The notes beneath the pieces were generated by a model, which searched no databases, was not told the origin of the DNA, and was given only the letters and a program-made list of their open reading frames with translations. From Methanobacteriota archaeon (GTDB lineage Archaea; Halobacteriota; Methanosarcinia; Methanosarcinales; Methanogasteraceae): a stretch of 40,457 bases of DNA. Both the position numbers and the translations under genes were made by a program. The stretch spans positions 1-40,457 of the forward strand of contig JAIWAP010000003.1 of NCBI GenBank assembly GCA_048634345.1, read 5' to 3'. Below are positions 20,821 through 29,693 of the stretch, piece after piece (position 1 is the first letter of the stretch; each line of letters starts with the position of its first letter).

Positions 20821-22047
20821 TCACACCGCCTCGAGCAGTCGTTTCATGATGCTCGCGTCAGACATCCGCGCCGGTGTGCCAGCCCTCATGCCGGCACCAG
20901 TCTGCCCGGTTTCCATGATGCACGGGAGATCTATCTCTGCTCCGTCCATCCGCACCGCAGTGCCCGCGAGGTCAACGCCGCCTGCCGCACAGGGAATCAC
21001 AACATCGGCGCAACCTGCCGTCAGGGTCTCGTTTGGATCGATCACGATTATGCTGGCGTCGATATCGCACGCCTGTGGCAGCGAGCTTACAAGGTCAAAG
21101 CCGACGCAGAGCAGGCAGTCAGCCTCGCGCAGACTGGCAAGAGTGAGTTTTGAGGTCGGGGTGCAGCCGCCTTGATGCCCGCGCGCAGTAGTATCGGTAG
21201 TAGTATTAGTGGTAACAGTGGCGGCGGTCTTTACAGCAGTAATCGACCGCAGATTGTACTGGGAATACAGCGGGAGAATCCGGAAATCCGAAAACTCATT
21301 CAGTTCATCCATCAGCCGGATGATCGCATCGCGCGGCACCGATTCTACCAGTCCGGGTCCTGCAAAGATGACGCCGAACTCAGCCTTCTTAAGCGTACCT
21401 GCAAGTTTCAGGACCTGCTTGCTGTCATACACAGTCTTCGGAACTTTGTTTCGGAGCGCAAGCATCAGCGCATCCATAAATTCAATATTGCGACCTGGGA
21501 TGATCTCATGCATGCTTTTGCAGATGCTGGCGGTGTGCGATCTGCGGACATCGATCGCGATCGCGGTGCGGTCCTCCTCCCAGCCATGTTGCCGGTTCTT
21601 GCCGCGTGGATAGTACGCATATCCTGACAGCAGCCGCGGGTGCGTGTTCATCGGATCCGCGCCCCAGAACAGGATCACGTCTGCCATGTCCCGCACCTCC
21701 GGCAGCGTGCATGTCCTGACCCGACTGTGAACGATGTCATCGAGGAGGGGTGTGTGGGCTGAGCATGTATCGATGCCTGCCCCGATCTTCTCTGCCAGCC
21801 GAATGCCTGTTGCTTGCGTTTCTGTGACGGAATTGCCAAATCCAAGAAACATCGGTCGTTCTGCGTCCGCAAGCAGGGTGGCAGCGCGCCTGATCGCATC
21901 ATCGATACTCACGACCTTATGATTCACCATTGGCTCGATCTGCTGCCGGCTCAGGATGTGCGCAGCCCCGATCCGGCACGCATGTCTCACCTCGCCACCG
22001 TGTACCTCAATATCCTCGCATAGAAGCGCACATCCCGTGCATGTCAA
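20821..22047 (-). CDS. FwdB/FmdB-like protein with degenerate active-site motifs
   Basis: CTGCALLC...C 4Fe-4S motif, TCTLPEVRDMADVILFWGADPMNTHPR and GTAVRMDG are kept. The canonical ...VCHGP and MRGHYN motifs read DTCSAHTP and LYSQYN. Confidence 0.85.
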   Translation of the reverse strand: MTCTGCALLCEDIEVHGGEVRHACRIGAAHILSRQQIEPMVNHKVVSIDDAIRRAATLLADAERPMFLGFGNSVTETQATGIRLAEKIGAGIDTCSAHTPLLDDIVHSRVRTCTLPEVRDMADVILFWGADPMNTHPRLLSGYAYYPRGKNRQHGWEEDRTAIAIDVRRSHTASICKSMHEIIPGRNIEFMDALMLALRNKVPKTVYDSKQVLKLAGTLKKAEFGVIFAGPGLVESVPRDAIIRLMDELNEFSDFRILPLYSQYNLRSITAVKTAATVTTNTTTDTTARGHQGGCTPTSKLTLASLREADCLLCVGFDLVSSLPQACDIDASIIVIDPNETLTAGCADVVIPCAAGGVDLAGTAVRMDGAEIDLPCIMETGQTGAGMRAGTPARMSDASIMKRLLEAV

Positions 22048-22404
22048 TCATCGCACCTCGATTCGCTGCACAAACATCATCGGATAATCTGCATCCTCGT
22101 CGTATTTCATGCCCGCATACACAACCGCAGTGCCAAATTCAACAATCGCAGTCACCGTAAGCATTCTGCCGTCAAGTTCGCAGTATCCGAAATCGTTCAG
22201 CCGTTTTTTAACCATTTCACGATCGATGGACACTGAAATCTCCTGCACATACGGCTGCAATGATATACTATCCTCAATTGCCTGCGCAAGGCTCCCTGCG
22301 GTATCCGGATTGACAGGAGAGCCGGTAAACTGGTGGTACATGGCGCCAAGCTTGATTCCCGCCTCGAGCAGGGCGCGATCCCGATCTGTTATCCCGGTCA
22401 TCAT
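22048..22404 (-). CDS. mptD: Archaeal dihydroneopterin aldolase
   Basis: RALLEAGIKLGAMYHQFTGSPV...IEDSISLQPYV...YCELDGRML...DYPMM (MJ0408-type family). Confidence 0.88.
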   Translation of the reverse strand: MMTGITDRDRALLEAGIKLGAMYHQFTGSPVNPDTAGSLAQAIEDSISLQPYVQEISVSIDREMVKKRLNDFGYCELDGRMLTVTAIVEFGTAVVYAGMKYDEDADYPMMFVQRIEVR

Positions 22405-22487
22405 GGTCTATGGTATCTGTGATGTTATTTAACATATCACACAGCACACAGCAAACCATTATTAATATCACCCGAAATAACATTATC

Positions 22488-23615
22488 ATGTCCGGGAAAA
22501 CGCTGATGTGGGATCAAACGCTGTTCAGGCGGGGCGAAATCTTTGAATTCGATCACTTCCCTGAGCATTTTGCACACCGGGATTCGCAACTCAGATCGCT
22601 CATGTTCGGGGTGCGCCCCGCGATGCAGGGGATGCGCCCGCTCGATCTGATGTGCGTGGGTCCGCCCGGTACCGGAAAGACCACGGCGGTGAAGAAAGCG
22701 TTTGAGGAACTGGGCGAACATGCGCCGGGCGTGATCACTGTGCATGTCAACTGTCAGGCAAACCAGACAAGGTATACGATATTTTCAAGTATTTTCCACA
22801 AGCTGATTGGTCATGCGCCGCCCGCATCCGGCGTTTCGTCCAGGAAACTACTTGATGAGATCGCAAAATACCTTATCCAGAATGAAAAGATTCTGATTGT
22901 AGCGCTCGACGATATAAATTATTTGTTCTACGAAAAAGAGGTGGATAATGTACTATACTCACTATTACGTGCTCATGAAACTCATCCCGGGACTAAGATC
23001 AGCGTGATCGCGATTCTGAGCGATGATCGCATGAATTATGTCTTTGATCCGAAGGTCGGCTCGATCTTCCTGCCAGAAGAGATCCTGTTCCCGGTATACG
23101 CATGGGATGAGCTGAAGAGCATCCTGCACGATCGTGCAAGGCTTGGATTCTACGATGGGGTGATTTCGGATGACGTGCTCGACGTTATCGCTGATTACAC
23201 GTCAGAAGCGGGAGATCTCCGAGTCGGGATCGATCTCCTAAAGCGATCAGGTCTTGGCGCCGAGCAAAGAGCGAGCATGACCATCTCAGTGGAGGACGTG
23301 CGTTTCGCGTACCAGAGATCACGGATGCTGCACCTTTCACGAGTGATATCGTCGCTTAGCGAGGGAGAGCGTGCAATTCTTGCAATTCTTGCAAAAAAAG
23401 GCGCATTAACAGCAGGCGATGCGTATGCTGCATTTCACGAATCGATGGGACTTGGATACACAAAATTTCACACAATGTTAAACAAACTCGTGTCCCTGCG
23501 ACTGATCGACACCGATTTCCCGACCGCTGGCATGCATGGCAGAAGCCGCACGATCAAGCTGCGGTATGGCGCAGATGACGTGCTGAGCGCTGTGCAGCCC
23601 TCATCTGCCACGTAG
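22488..23615 (+). CDS. cdc6: Orc1/Cdc6 family replication initiation protein
   Basis: P.HF.HRDSQL, GPPGTGKTT, VHVNC, LDDINYL, GDLRVGIDLL and a C-terminal winged helix (GRSR). Start placed at ATG 22488. Confidence 0.93.
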   Translation: MSGKTLMWDQTLFRRGEIFEFDHFPEHFAHRDSQLRSLMFGVRPAMQGMRPLDLMCVGPPGTGKTTAVKKAFEELGEHAPGVITVHVNCQANQTRYTIFSSIFHKLIGHAPPASGVSSRKLLDEIAKYLIQNEKILIVALDDINYLFYEKEVDNVLYSLLRAHETHPGTKISVIAILSDDRMNYVFDPKVGSIFLPEEILFPVYAWDELKSILHDRARLGFYDGVISDDVLDVIADYTSEAGDLRVGIDLLKRSGLGAEQRASMTISVEDVRFAYQRSRMLHLSRVISSLSEGERAILAILAKKGALTAGDAYAAFHESMGLGYTKFHTMLNKLVSLRLIDTDFPTAGMHGRSRTIKLRYGADDVLSAVQPSSAT

Positions 23616-23743
23616 CGCGGTTGCTGCCCGGCAGGATGAAATGCGCCAGCAGCGGCATCGGGCTACCAGACATTCCGAATCAAATTTCACTTTCACCCCG
23701 CTCATGCTAAACGATTAATACACCTCGGAAGACAGTTTGATCA

Positions 23744-24730
23744 ATGACTACGAACGAAATGTCCATTGAAGAACTTCCGGGAATCGGTCCTGCGACTGCC
23801 GAGAAACTGAAGGACGCCGGATTCAGTTCAATCGAGGCGATTGCGGTTGCATCGCCATCCGAACTTGCGAACACCGCCGAAATCGGGGAGTCTACGGCTT
23901 TCAAAATCATTGCTGCCGCCCGCAGATCTGCTGATATTGGGGGATTTGAGACCGGAGATACCATCCTTGAGCGGCGGAAGGAGGTCGGCAGGATCAGCCT
24001 CGGATGCGCAGAGGTTGACAAGATGATGGGTGGGGGATTTGAAACCCAGGCGATCACCGAGGTGTATGGTGAGTTTGGGTGTGGAAAGACCCAGATAGCA
24101 CATCAGATTGCAGCAAATGTCCAGTTGTCGGTTGACCGGGGTGGGCTGGATGGATCTACAATCCTCATCGACACAGAGAACACCTTTCGGCCAGACCGGA
24201 TCGAACAGATGGTAAACGGTCTGTCGAAGCGATATGACGACGATTTTGATCCTGAGGAATTTCTCAAGAACATCCATGTTGCCCGTGCATACAATTCGAA
24301 TCACCAGATGCTCCTCGTTGAAACCGCCTCCGAGCTTGCTGATTCGCTCAAAGACACTGACAAACCTGTGCGTTTGCTCATCGTGGATTCGCTGACCGCG
24401 CATTTCCGGGCGGAATATGTCGGGAGGGGCACGCTCTCTGACCGGCAGCAGAAATTAAACAAGCATCTGCATAACATCATGCGGTTTGGCGATCTGAACA
24501 ATGCCGCAGTCTTTATAACCAATCAGGTGATGTCAAAGCCGGACGCGTTCTTTGGCGACCCGACAAAGCCAATCGGCGGGCACATTCTGGGGCACACCTC
24601 GACATTCCGGATATATTTGCGAAAATCAAAAGGCGATAAGCGTGTCGCAAAATTGGTCGACTCACCCAACCTACCTGATGGCGAGGCATTGTTCACGGTG
24701 ACGTATGACGGGCTGTTTGGCGATGAATGA
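23744..24730 (+). CDS. radA: DNA repair and recombination protein RadA
   Basis: [62 protein letters not shown]. No intein. Confidence 0.98.
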   Translation: MTTNEMSIEELPGIGPATAEKLKDAGFSSIEAIAVASPSELANTAEIGESTAFKIIAAARRSADIGGFETGDTILERRKEVGRISLGCAEVDKMMGGGFETQAITEVYGEFGCGKTQIAHQIAANVQLSVDRGGLDGSTILIDTENTFRPDRIEQMVNGLSKRYDDDFDPEEFLKNIHVARAYNSNHQMLLVETASELADSLKDTDKPVRLLIVDSLTAHFRAEYVGRGTLSDRQQKLNKHLHNIMRFGDLNNAAVFITNQVMSKPDAFFGDPTKPIGGHILGHTSTFRIYLRKSKGDKRVAKLVDSPNLPDGEALFTVTYDGLFGDE

Positions 24731-24859
24731 TTGAAGCGGTTTTCCGACCCCTACCAATCTCGATGGCACGCTCCCGGCAACCATGAGCTAAATCCCGACT
24801 GCCGCGGGGCGTGCCCGGATGTTCTTTCGCGGGCTGTGGCACTCCAGTCACAGGCATTA

Positions 24860-24939
24860 AAAAACGATTTTTTCACAAAAAATCGAGTAAAAACTGCCCT
24901 TTGGGTGGGGCTGGCGATATACTTTTTCGTAAATGGAAA
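24860..24939 (+). repeat. ~80-bp dispersed double-hairpin repeat, copy A
   Basis: cgattttttCACaaaaaatcg hairpin + aaaaactgccctttgggtgggg + tatactttt. Nearly identical to 33032-33112. Confidence 0.88.
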
Positions 24940-25042
24940 TGGTGCGTAGAGTGACTGGATGCTATAGTGTATATACCATAAAAAATCTCCTCGATATCGG
25001 CGTAAGTCTTATGCACCTATCAGACGCGAATATTACATACTG

Positions 25043-25633
25043 ATGAAATCGATCATCCACGCACTGCTGGTGTGGTCAGTGCTTGTAACTCTGGCGGCAT
25101 CTGCCATAGAGGCTGACATGGCATACACTGATTACGCCACGCCGGGCACGATTCCACCTATCGAGATCTGGCAGGGATCGATCGCAACATCCCGCGTATC
25201 GATCACGAACCACGGAAACCTCTGCTATGACGCCAGTCTAAAATTCCCGGATCATCAAGACCTGCCGCCCGGAATCACGATATCTCCGGTGGAATCGCAG
25301 ATTCTTGATGTCGGCGAGACCGCTTGGTACCAGATAACGATTCATGCGAGCGAGAACGCATCTGTGGGGACATACACAATCAGGGTTGCGGACAACATCG
25401 CAAACGATCCGTATACCTGGCAATCTGTCGAATTATCGGTCGTACCGCCGCCCTTGCCACCCACGCCAGCGCCTACCGCGCGGGTTACGCCGATCGCACG
25501 ATCGATTCCAACCAGATCGACAGGGGACGGGGGGGTTGAAGCCTGCGGGACGGATGTTTCGATCGTGGTCAGGGTGATTGTGATCGCTTTCGTGGCGGCA
25601 GGGATTGCCGTTGTTCTGTGGCGCAGGAGATGA
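25043..25633 (+). CDS. Secreted Ig-like (NEW3/COG1470-like) protein with a Pro/Thr linker and C-terminal membrane anchor
   Basis: Signal peptide; beta-sandwich pattern (SITNHGN...LPPGITISP...ASVGTYTIRV); PPPLPPTPAPT linker; TM followed by WRRR. Confidence 0.8.
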   Translation: MKSIIHALLVWSVLVTLAASAIEADMAYTDYATPGTIPPIEIWQGSIATSRVSITNHGNLCYDASLKFPDHQDLPPGITISPVESQILDVGETAWYQITIHASENASVGTYTIRVADNIANDPYTWQSVELSVVPPPLPPTPAPTARVTPIARSIPTRSTGDGGVEACGTDVSIVVRVIVIAFVAAGIAVVLWRRR

Positions 25634-25708
25634 CCGAAATCACCCGTCGCCCGGGTATGTGTGAGATTATGTGTGAGATATATCTGCCATCGCAGGCAAG
25701 AGTACAGA

Positions 25709-27490
25709 ATGGTGTCATCTATGGACATGCACGGCTGGACCGGAAACATCGCTGCAATCGATCTTGATCGCGGAACAATCAGGCGCACCAGTCTCCCCGG
25801 AGACCTCGCAAAAGACTTTCTCGGCGGAAGGGGACTTGGCGTGGCGCTTATGTGCAGCATGGCAGACCCAAACCCGGATCCTGCCTCTGGCGCTCTTTCT
25901 GCCCCGCTTATACTTGCAGTAGGTCCGCTCACAGGCATCGCGCCGATGTCAGGGCGCCATTCGTTTGTCACGAAGTCCCCGCTCACTGGCACGATCGTTG
26001 ATTCAAGCGGTGGGGGATTTTTCGGAAGCGAATTAAAACGCGCCGGACTTGACGCGCTGATCATCACAGGGGGGTCTGATACGCCGGTGTACATCAGAAT
26101 CGACGATGGTGACATAAGCATCAACGATGCGTCCAGCCTGTGGGGGCGAAACGTGCACGAGACAACAGACATGCTGACGGCTGAACACGGTGGGCGGGTG
26201 GCATGTATCGGGCGCGCCGGGGAGAAATGCGTCCGGTTCGCAAACATCATGAACGACCACCTCCACGCATCAGGACGGGGTGGTATCGGGGCTGTGATGG
26301 GGCAGAAGAGGCTAAAGGCGATCGATCTTCACGGGACCTGCAAACCGGGTGTTGCTGACAAGGAACGGTTCAGGGCGGTTAAAGAAGAGATCATGCGGCT
26401 GCTGCGCGCAAATCCCGCACTAAAAAGCCTCTCGACGTACGGAACTCCCTCGCTCGTGAACCTGATCAATCATTTCAAGCTAATGCCGGTCAGGAACTTC
26501 CGGAATATGCAATCCGTGGCTGCCGAGTCAATATCTGCTGAATACATCAATGAAAAGTACAGCGATGGAATGAAGAGGCATTCATGTCACAAATGCTCTG
26601 TTGCATGTAAACGCAGTACGCGGGAAGGGATCGAGATTCCGGAATATGAAACGATCGCGATGTTCGGACCTGACTGTGATAACACCGATTTCGATAAAAT
26701 CGCGGACGCAAACCGGATATGCAACGACTATGGCATGGATACAATCTCGTGCGGCTCGACCGTCGCATGTCACCAGGAGATATGCGGAGAGGCACGCGAA
26801 ACGACTGAAATGACAAAAATAGTCTCCATGATCGGGGAGCGGGAAGGGATCGGCGATGCATTGAGCAGGGGGTCTAAGGCATATTCAGAGACGAAGAACG
26901 CGGGAGACGCGAGCATACACGTCAAAGGTCTGGAACTGCCCGGATATGATCCGCGGGGTGTGCTCGGGCAGGCGCTCGGCTACGCGACGTCAAACCGCGG
27001 CGGGTGCCATACGCGTGCGTACATGGTTGCGCCTGAGATCATCGGCAAACCGAAGCTGATCGACCGCCGCACACTCGTCGGAAAGCCGGGGCTGGTCTCT
27101 ATATTCCAAAATCTCTCGGCTGCGATGGATTCACTTGTGATGTGCCGCTTCTCATCCTTTGCTCTCTCAGCCGAGGAGTATTCGGACATGCTTAGCGCTG
27201 TAACCGGACTTCCGTATACCTCAGAGGATCTGCTGCGCACAGGCGAGCGGATATGGAATCTTGAGCGCATGTTCAATCTACGTGCAGGCTTCACGCGAGC
27301 AGATGACACGCTGCCGGGCAGGTTCTTTGGCGATGGCGGTATCAATCGCGGCGAATTTGAGCGTGCGCTGGACGAATACTACCGGTTCAGGGGCTGGGGG
27401 CTTGATGGAGTGCCTGCTGGCTGGAAACTCGCGGAACTCGGGATTGCAAACCAGTTTGAAGACCGTTTCTTGACATATAGGAAAGTATAA
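25709..27490 (+). CDS. aor: Tungsten-containing aldehyde:ferredoxin oxidoreductase family protein
   Basis: GWTGNIAAIDL, FLGGRGL, KSPLTG, GRGGIGAVMG.KRLKAI, CxxCxxxC, PEYET, DYGMDTIS, VKGLELPGYDPRG, RGGCH. The start is at 25709, 25721 or 25727. Confidence 0.93.
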   Translation: MVSSMDMHGWTGNIAAIDLDRGTIRRTSLPGDLAKDFLGGRGLGVALMCSMADPNPDPASGALSAPLILAVGPLTGIAPMSGRHSFVTKSPLTGTIVDSSGGGFFGSELKRAGLDALIITGGSDTPVYIRIDDGDISINDASSLWGRNVHETTDMLTAEHGGRVACIGRAGEKCVRFANIMNDHLHASGRGGIGAVMGQKRLKAIDLHGTCKPGVADKERFRAVKEEIMRLLRANPALKSLSTYGTPSLVNLINHFKLMPVRNFRNMQSVAAESISAEYINEKYSDGMKRHSCHKCSVACKRSTREGIEIPEYETIAMFGPDCDNTDFDKIADANRICNDYGMDTISCGSTVACHQEICGEARETTEMTKIVSMIGEREGIGDALSRGSKAYSETKNAGDASIHVKGLELPGYDPRGVLGQALGYATSNRGGCHTRAYMVAPEIIGKPKLIDRRTLVGKPGLVSIFQNLSAAMDSLVMCRFSSFALSAEEYSDMLSAVTGLPYTSEDLLRTGERIWNLERMFNLRAGFTRADDTLPGRFFGDGGINRGEFERALDEYYRFRGWGLDGVPAGWKLAELGIANQFEDRFLTYRKV

Positions 27491-27560
27491 AAACAAACCC
27501 CGCCCGAAGGGCAGTTTTTGATAAAACTTTTGTGAAAAGTTTTTTTGTGATTTTTGGACG
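27482..27560 (-). repeat. Dispersed double-hairpin repeat, copy B (inverted and diverged)
   Basis: The reverse complement reads aaaacttttCACaaaagtttt-atc-aaaaactgcccttcgggcgggg...tatacttt. It lies between the convergent aor and glycosylase genes. Confidence 0.75.
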
Positions 27561-27583
27561 GAGCACCTTGCGCCCCCGCGTTC

Positions 27584-27913
27584 TCAAACATCGCATTCGC
27601 AGCACCGCTCCCGGAGGATCCGGATCTGTTCCTCATACGGAGTAACAAATTCGGTCTGTCTGGCTTCTCCAGTCGCAAGCTTCACATCAAGGGGCGTATG
27701 ATGCTTGTATCCTCGATTCGCCATCTCCTCAACCAGTTTCTCGTGTCTCAGGTAGAGTGCTCTGAGCCGCCCCTTCCAGCGCAGGGTCTCAGGGTGGTTC
27801 GCGTACGCTTTCTTGTTGCCGGTTATTATCGACCACATCGCATGAAGTTCCCTGTGCTCGCCGAGCAGATGGTTGCGGCATAATTTCTCGGGAGGTATAT
27901 CCCAGATTCTCAT
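27584..27913 (-). CDS. Pyrimidine-dimer DNA glycosylase / T4 endonuclease V-like family protein
   Basis: MRIWDIPPEKLCRNHLLGEHRELHAMW...YANHPETLRW...RHEKLVEEMANRGY. Confidence 0.85.
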   Translation of the reverse strand: MRIWDIPPEKLCRNHLLGEHRELHAMWSIITGNKKAYANHPETLRWKGRLRALYLRHEKLVEEMANRGYKHHTPLDVKLATGEARQTEFVTPYEEQIRILRERCCECDV

Positions 27914-28362
27914 AAACTTACCTCCAAACCGGTTTTTTCAAAATACATAACTCCACCATCCTCCTTTACCGCCGAAAACCCGTTTCTGTGGTACAGGTTG
28001 ATTGCGTCCTCCAGCCGTGCATCGGTTTTGAGCACAACCGTTGAATAGTTCTCCTCTGCAAATTTTAAAGCCTGAATGAAGAGAGCTCTCCCAAAACCCC
28101 TCCCTCTGAAGTCTTTTCTTACATAGATGCGCTTTATCTCGCACGTCCTGTCATCTATTCGTCTCACAGCACTCGTGCCTATAATCGTGCCGTCCACGAC
28201 CCCGGTGTAGAAGATTCCGCGATTATGCCGGTAATAATCATCGACCTCATCCAGATCAAAGTCTTTTGCAGGGTCGTACTCAAAACCCTCTTCGCTCAGC
28301 ACTTCCAGAACCAGTTCCTTCACCGCAGAGGTCATTGATCTATGAAATATCTCGGTTCTCAT
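27910..28362 (-). CDS. GNAT family N-acetyltransferase
   Basis: CEIKRIYVRKDFRGRGFGRAL (acetyl-CoA motif A) and AINLYHRNGF. Confidence 0.92.
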   Translation of the reverse strand: MRTEIFHRSMTSAVKELVLEVLSEEGFEYDPAKDFDLDEVDDYYRHNRGIFYTGVVDGTIIGTSAVRRIDDRTCEIKRIYVRKDFRGRGFGRALFIQALKFAEENYSTVVLKTDARLEDAINLYHRNGFSAVKEDGGVMYFEKTGLEVSL

Positions 28363-29570
28363 CGCAGATATGCCTCCGGGCGCTTGAGAAAGTCAAGCAC
28401 GATCGTTTGCAGAATCTCTGTGCCGGTCATGAGCACATCCTCGTCGATATCGAACCTGCTCGAATGGTTGCCCTCAACGACCCCTTTCTGCAGGTTCAGC
28501 GTCCCGAGCAGGAGATATATGCCAGGCACCTTCTCCAGGTAAAACGCGAAATCCTCGGCTCCGAAGATCGGTTTAGCCTCACAATCGACATCCGGGAATG
28601 TTTTCGTAAGTGTGGCACTCACAGCTTCCGTAAATGCGTTATCGTTCACGAGCACAGGGTAGCCATGGAGCACGTCGAGATCGTACGCGGGAAGATTAGC
28701 AACCCCGCCCCCATCGCCCTTCCTGTACGTCTGCATCAGGGCGTCGAGCGTCTTTTCGATCGTTCGCTCGATCGTCTCTGTGTCGCGATCATCAAACGTG
28801 CGGAAGCTCCCGAGTATATCCACCTCATCCGGCGTCCTGTTGAACTGCGCACCCCCGCGTATCCTGCCGATTCCGAGGACGTACCTCGCGGGATCGAGTA
28901 TACCCCCAACCCCGCCTGTAATGGTGCGAATGAAATCCGATGCGATCAGGATCGGGTCGATGCAGTCCGCGGGATTGGAATGGTGCCCGCCTTTCCCTGT
29001 GATCTTTATCGAGAAGACGTTTGAGCTTGCCATGAACCTGCCCGGTCGAAACGCTATTTTCCCGAGGTCGATGTAACCAAAGATATGCATCCCGAGGATC
29101 CCGTCCACCCCATCAAGCCCGCCCTCTGCAATCACCCGCGCTGCGCCACCGGGCGGCTGCTCCTCGGCTGGCTGGAAGATCAGCCTGACGCTTCCGGGCA
29201 GTCTGTCGCGCATCTCCTGAAGTGCGCATGCAGCACCAAGAACCATCGCGATATGCCCGTCGTGCCCGCAGGCGTGCATGATGCCCGCGTTCTCTGATAT
29301 ATACTCCCCGTTCAGCGCGGTCGGCTCTTCCAATACTTCAAGCGCATCAGTATCACTCCTGAGCGCGATGCAGGGGTGCGGCGCACGTCCGTGGATCGTT
29401 GCGATGACGCCGGTGTCTGCGATCTTCTCTGACTCGATCCCGAGGTCGCTCAGTACTCTTATGATCCTCTCCTGCGTTTTGAACTCCTTGAAACTCAGTT
29501 CGGGTTCCCTGTGAAATTCGCGCCTGAGCCAGATGATCCAGTCTTTGAGGGGGCAGGGTGTCACGTTCAT
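28359..29570 (-). CDS. M20D family amidohydrolase (N-acyl-amino acid amidohydrolase-like)
   Basis: RREFHREPELSFKE, ALRSDTDAL, MHACGHDGH, FQPAEE, GKGGH, GAEDFAFY, NHSSRFDIDE. Confidence 0.93.
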   Translation of the reverse strand: MNVTPCPLKDWIIWLRREFHREPELSFKEFKTQERIIRVLSDLGIESEKIADTGVIATIHGRAPHPCIALRSDTDALEVLEEPTALNGEYISENAGIMHACGHDGHIAMVLGAACALQEMRDRLPGSVRLIFQPAEEQPPGGAARVIAEGGLDGVDGILGMHIFGYIDLGKIAFRPGRFMASSNVFSIKITGKGGHHSNPADCIDPILIASDFIRTITGGVGGILDPARYVLGIGRIRGGAQFNRTPDEVDILGSFRTFDDRDTETIERTIEKTLDALMQTYRKGDGGGVANLPAYDLDVLHGYPVLVNDNAFTEAVSATLTKTFPDVDCEAKPIFGAEDFAFYLEKVPGIYLLLGTLNLQKGVVEGNHSSRFDIDEDVLMTGTEILQTIVLDFLKRPEAYLR

Positions 29571-29693
29571 TTCCTCATGGTTTGGTGTTTTGGATTTTAT
29601 GTTTAAGTTGAGTTTAAGTGGGTTTTTATCCTGTCCGGACCGGTGCTCATGAAAGCTGCGAGATGCGGCGTCCGGGATTCATGATTCAATGAT

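Noticed and set aside
22488-23615. Cdc6 Walker B reading LDDIN rather than LDEID as a sign of inactivation
   Set aside because: As recalled, this variant is common in the second, non-origin-linked Orc1/Cdc6 clade of Methanomicrobia and haloarchaea.
24731-24949. 72-aa ORF after radA (and 32882-33103, 27387-27605, 17652-17984)
   Set aside because: These are translations of dispersed repeat elements, not plausible genes.
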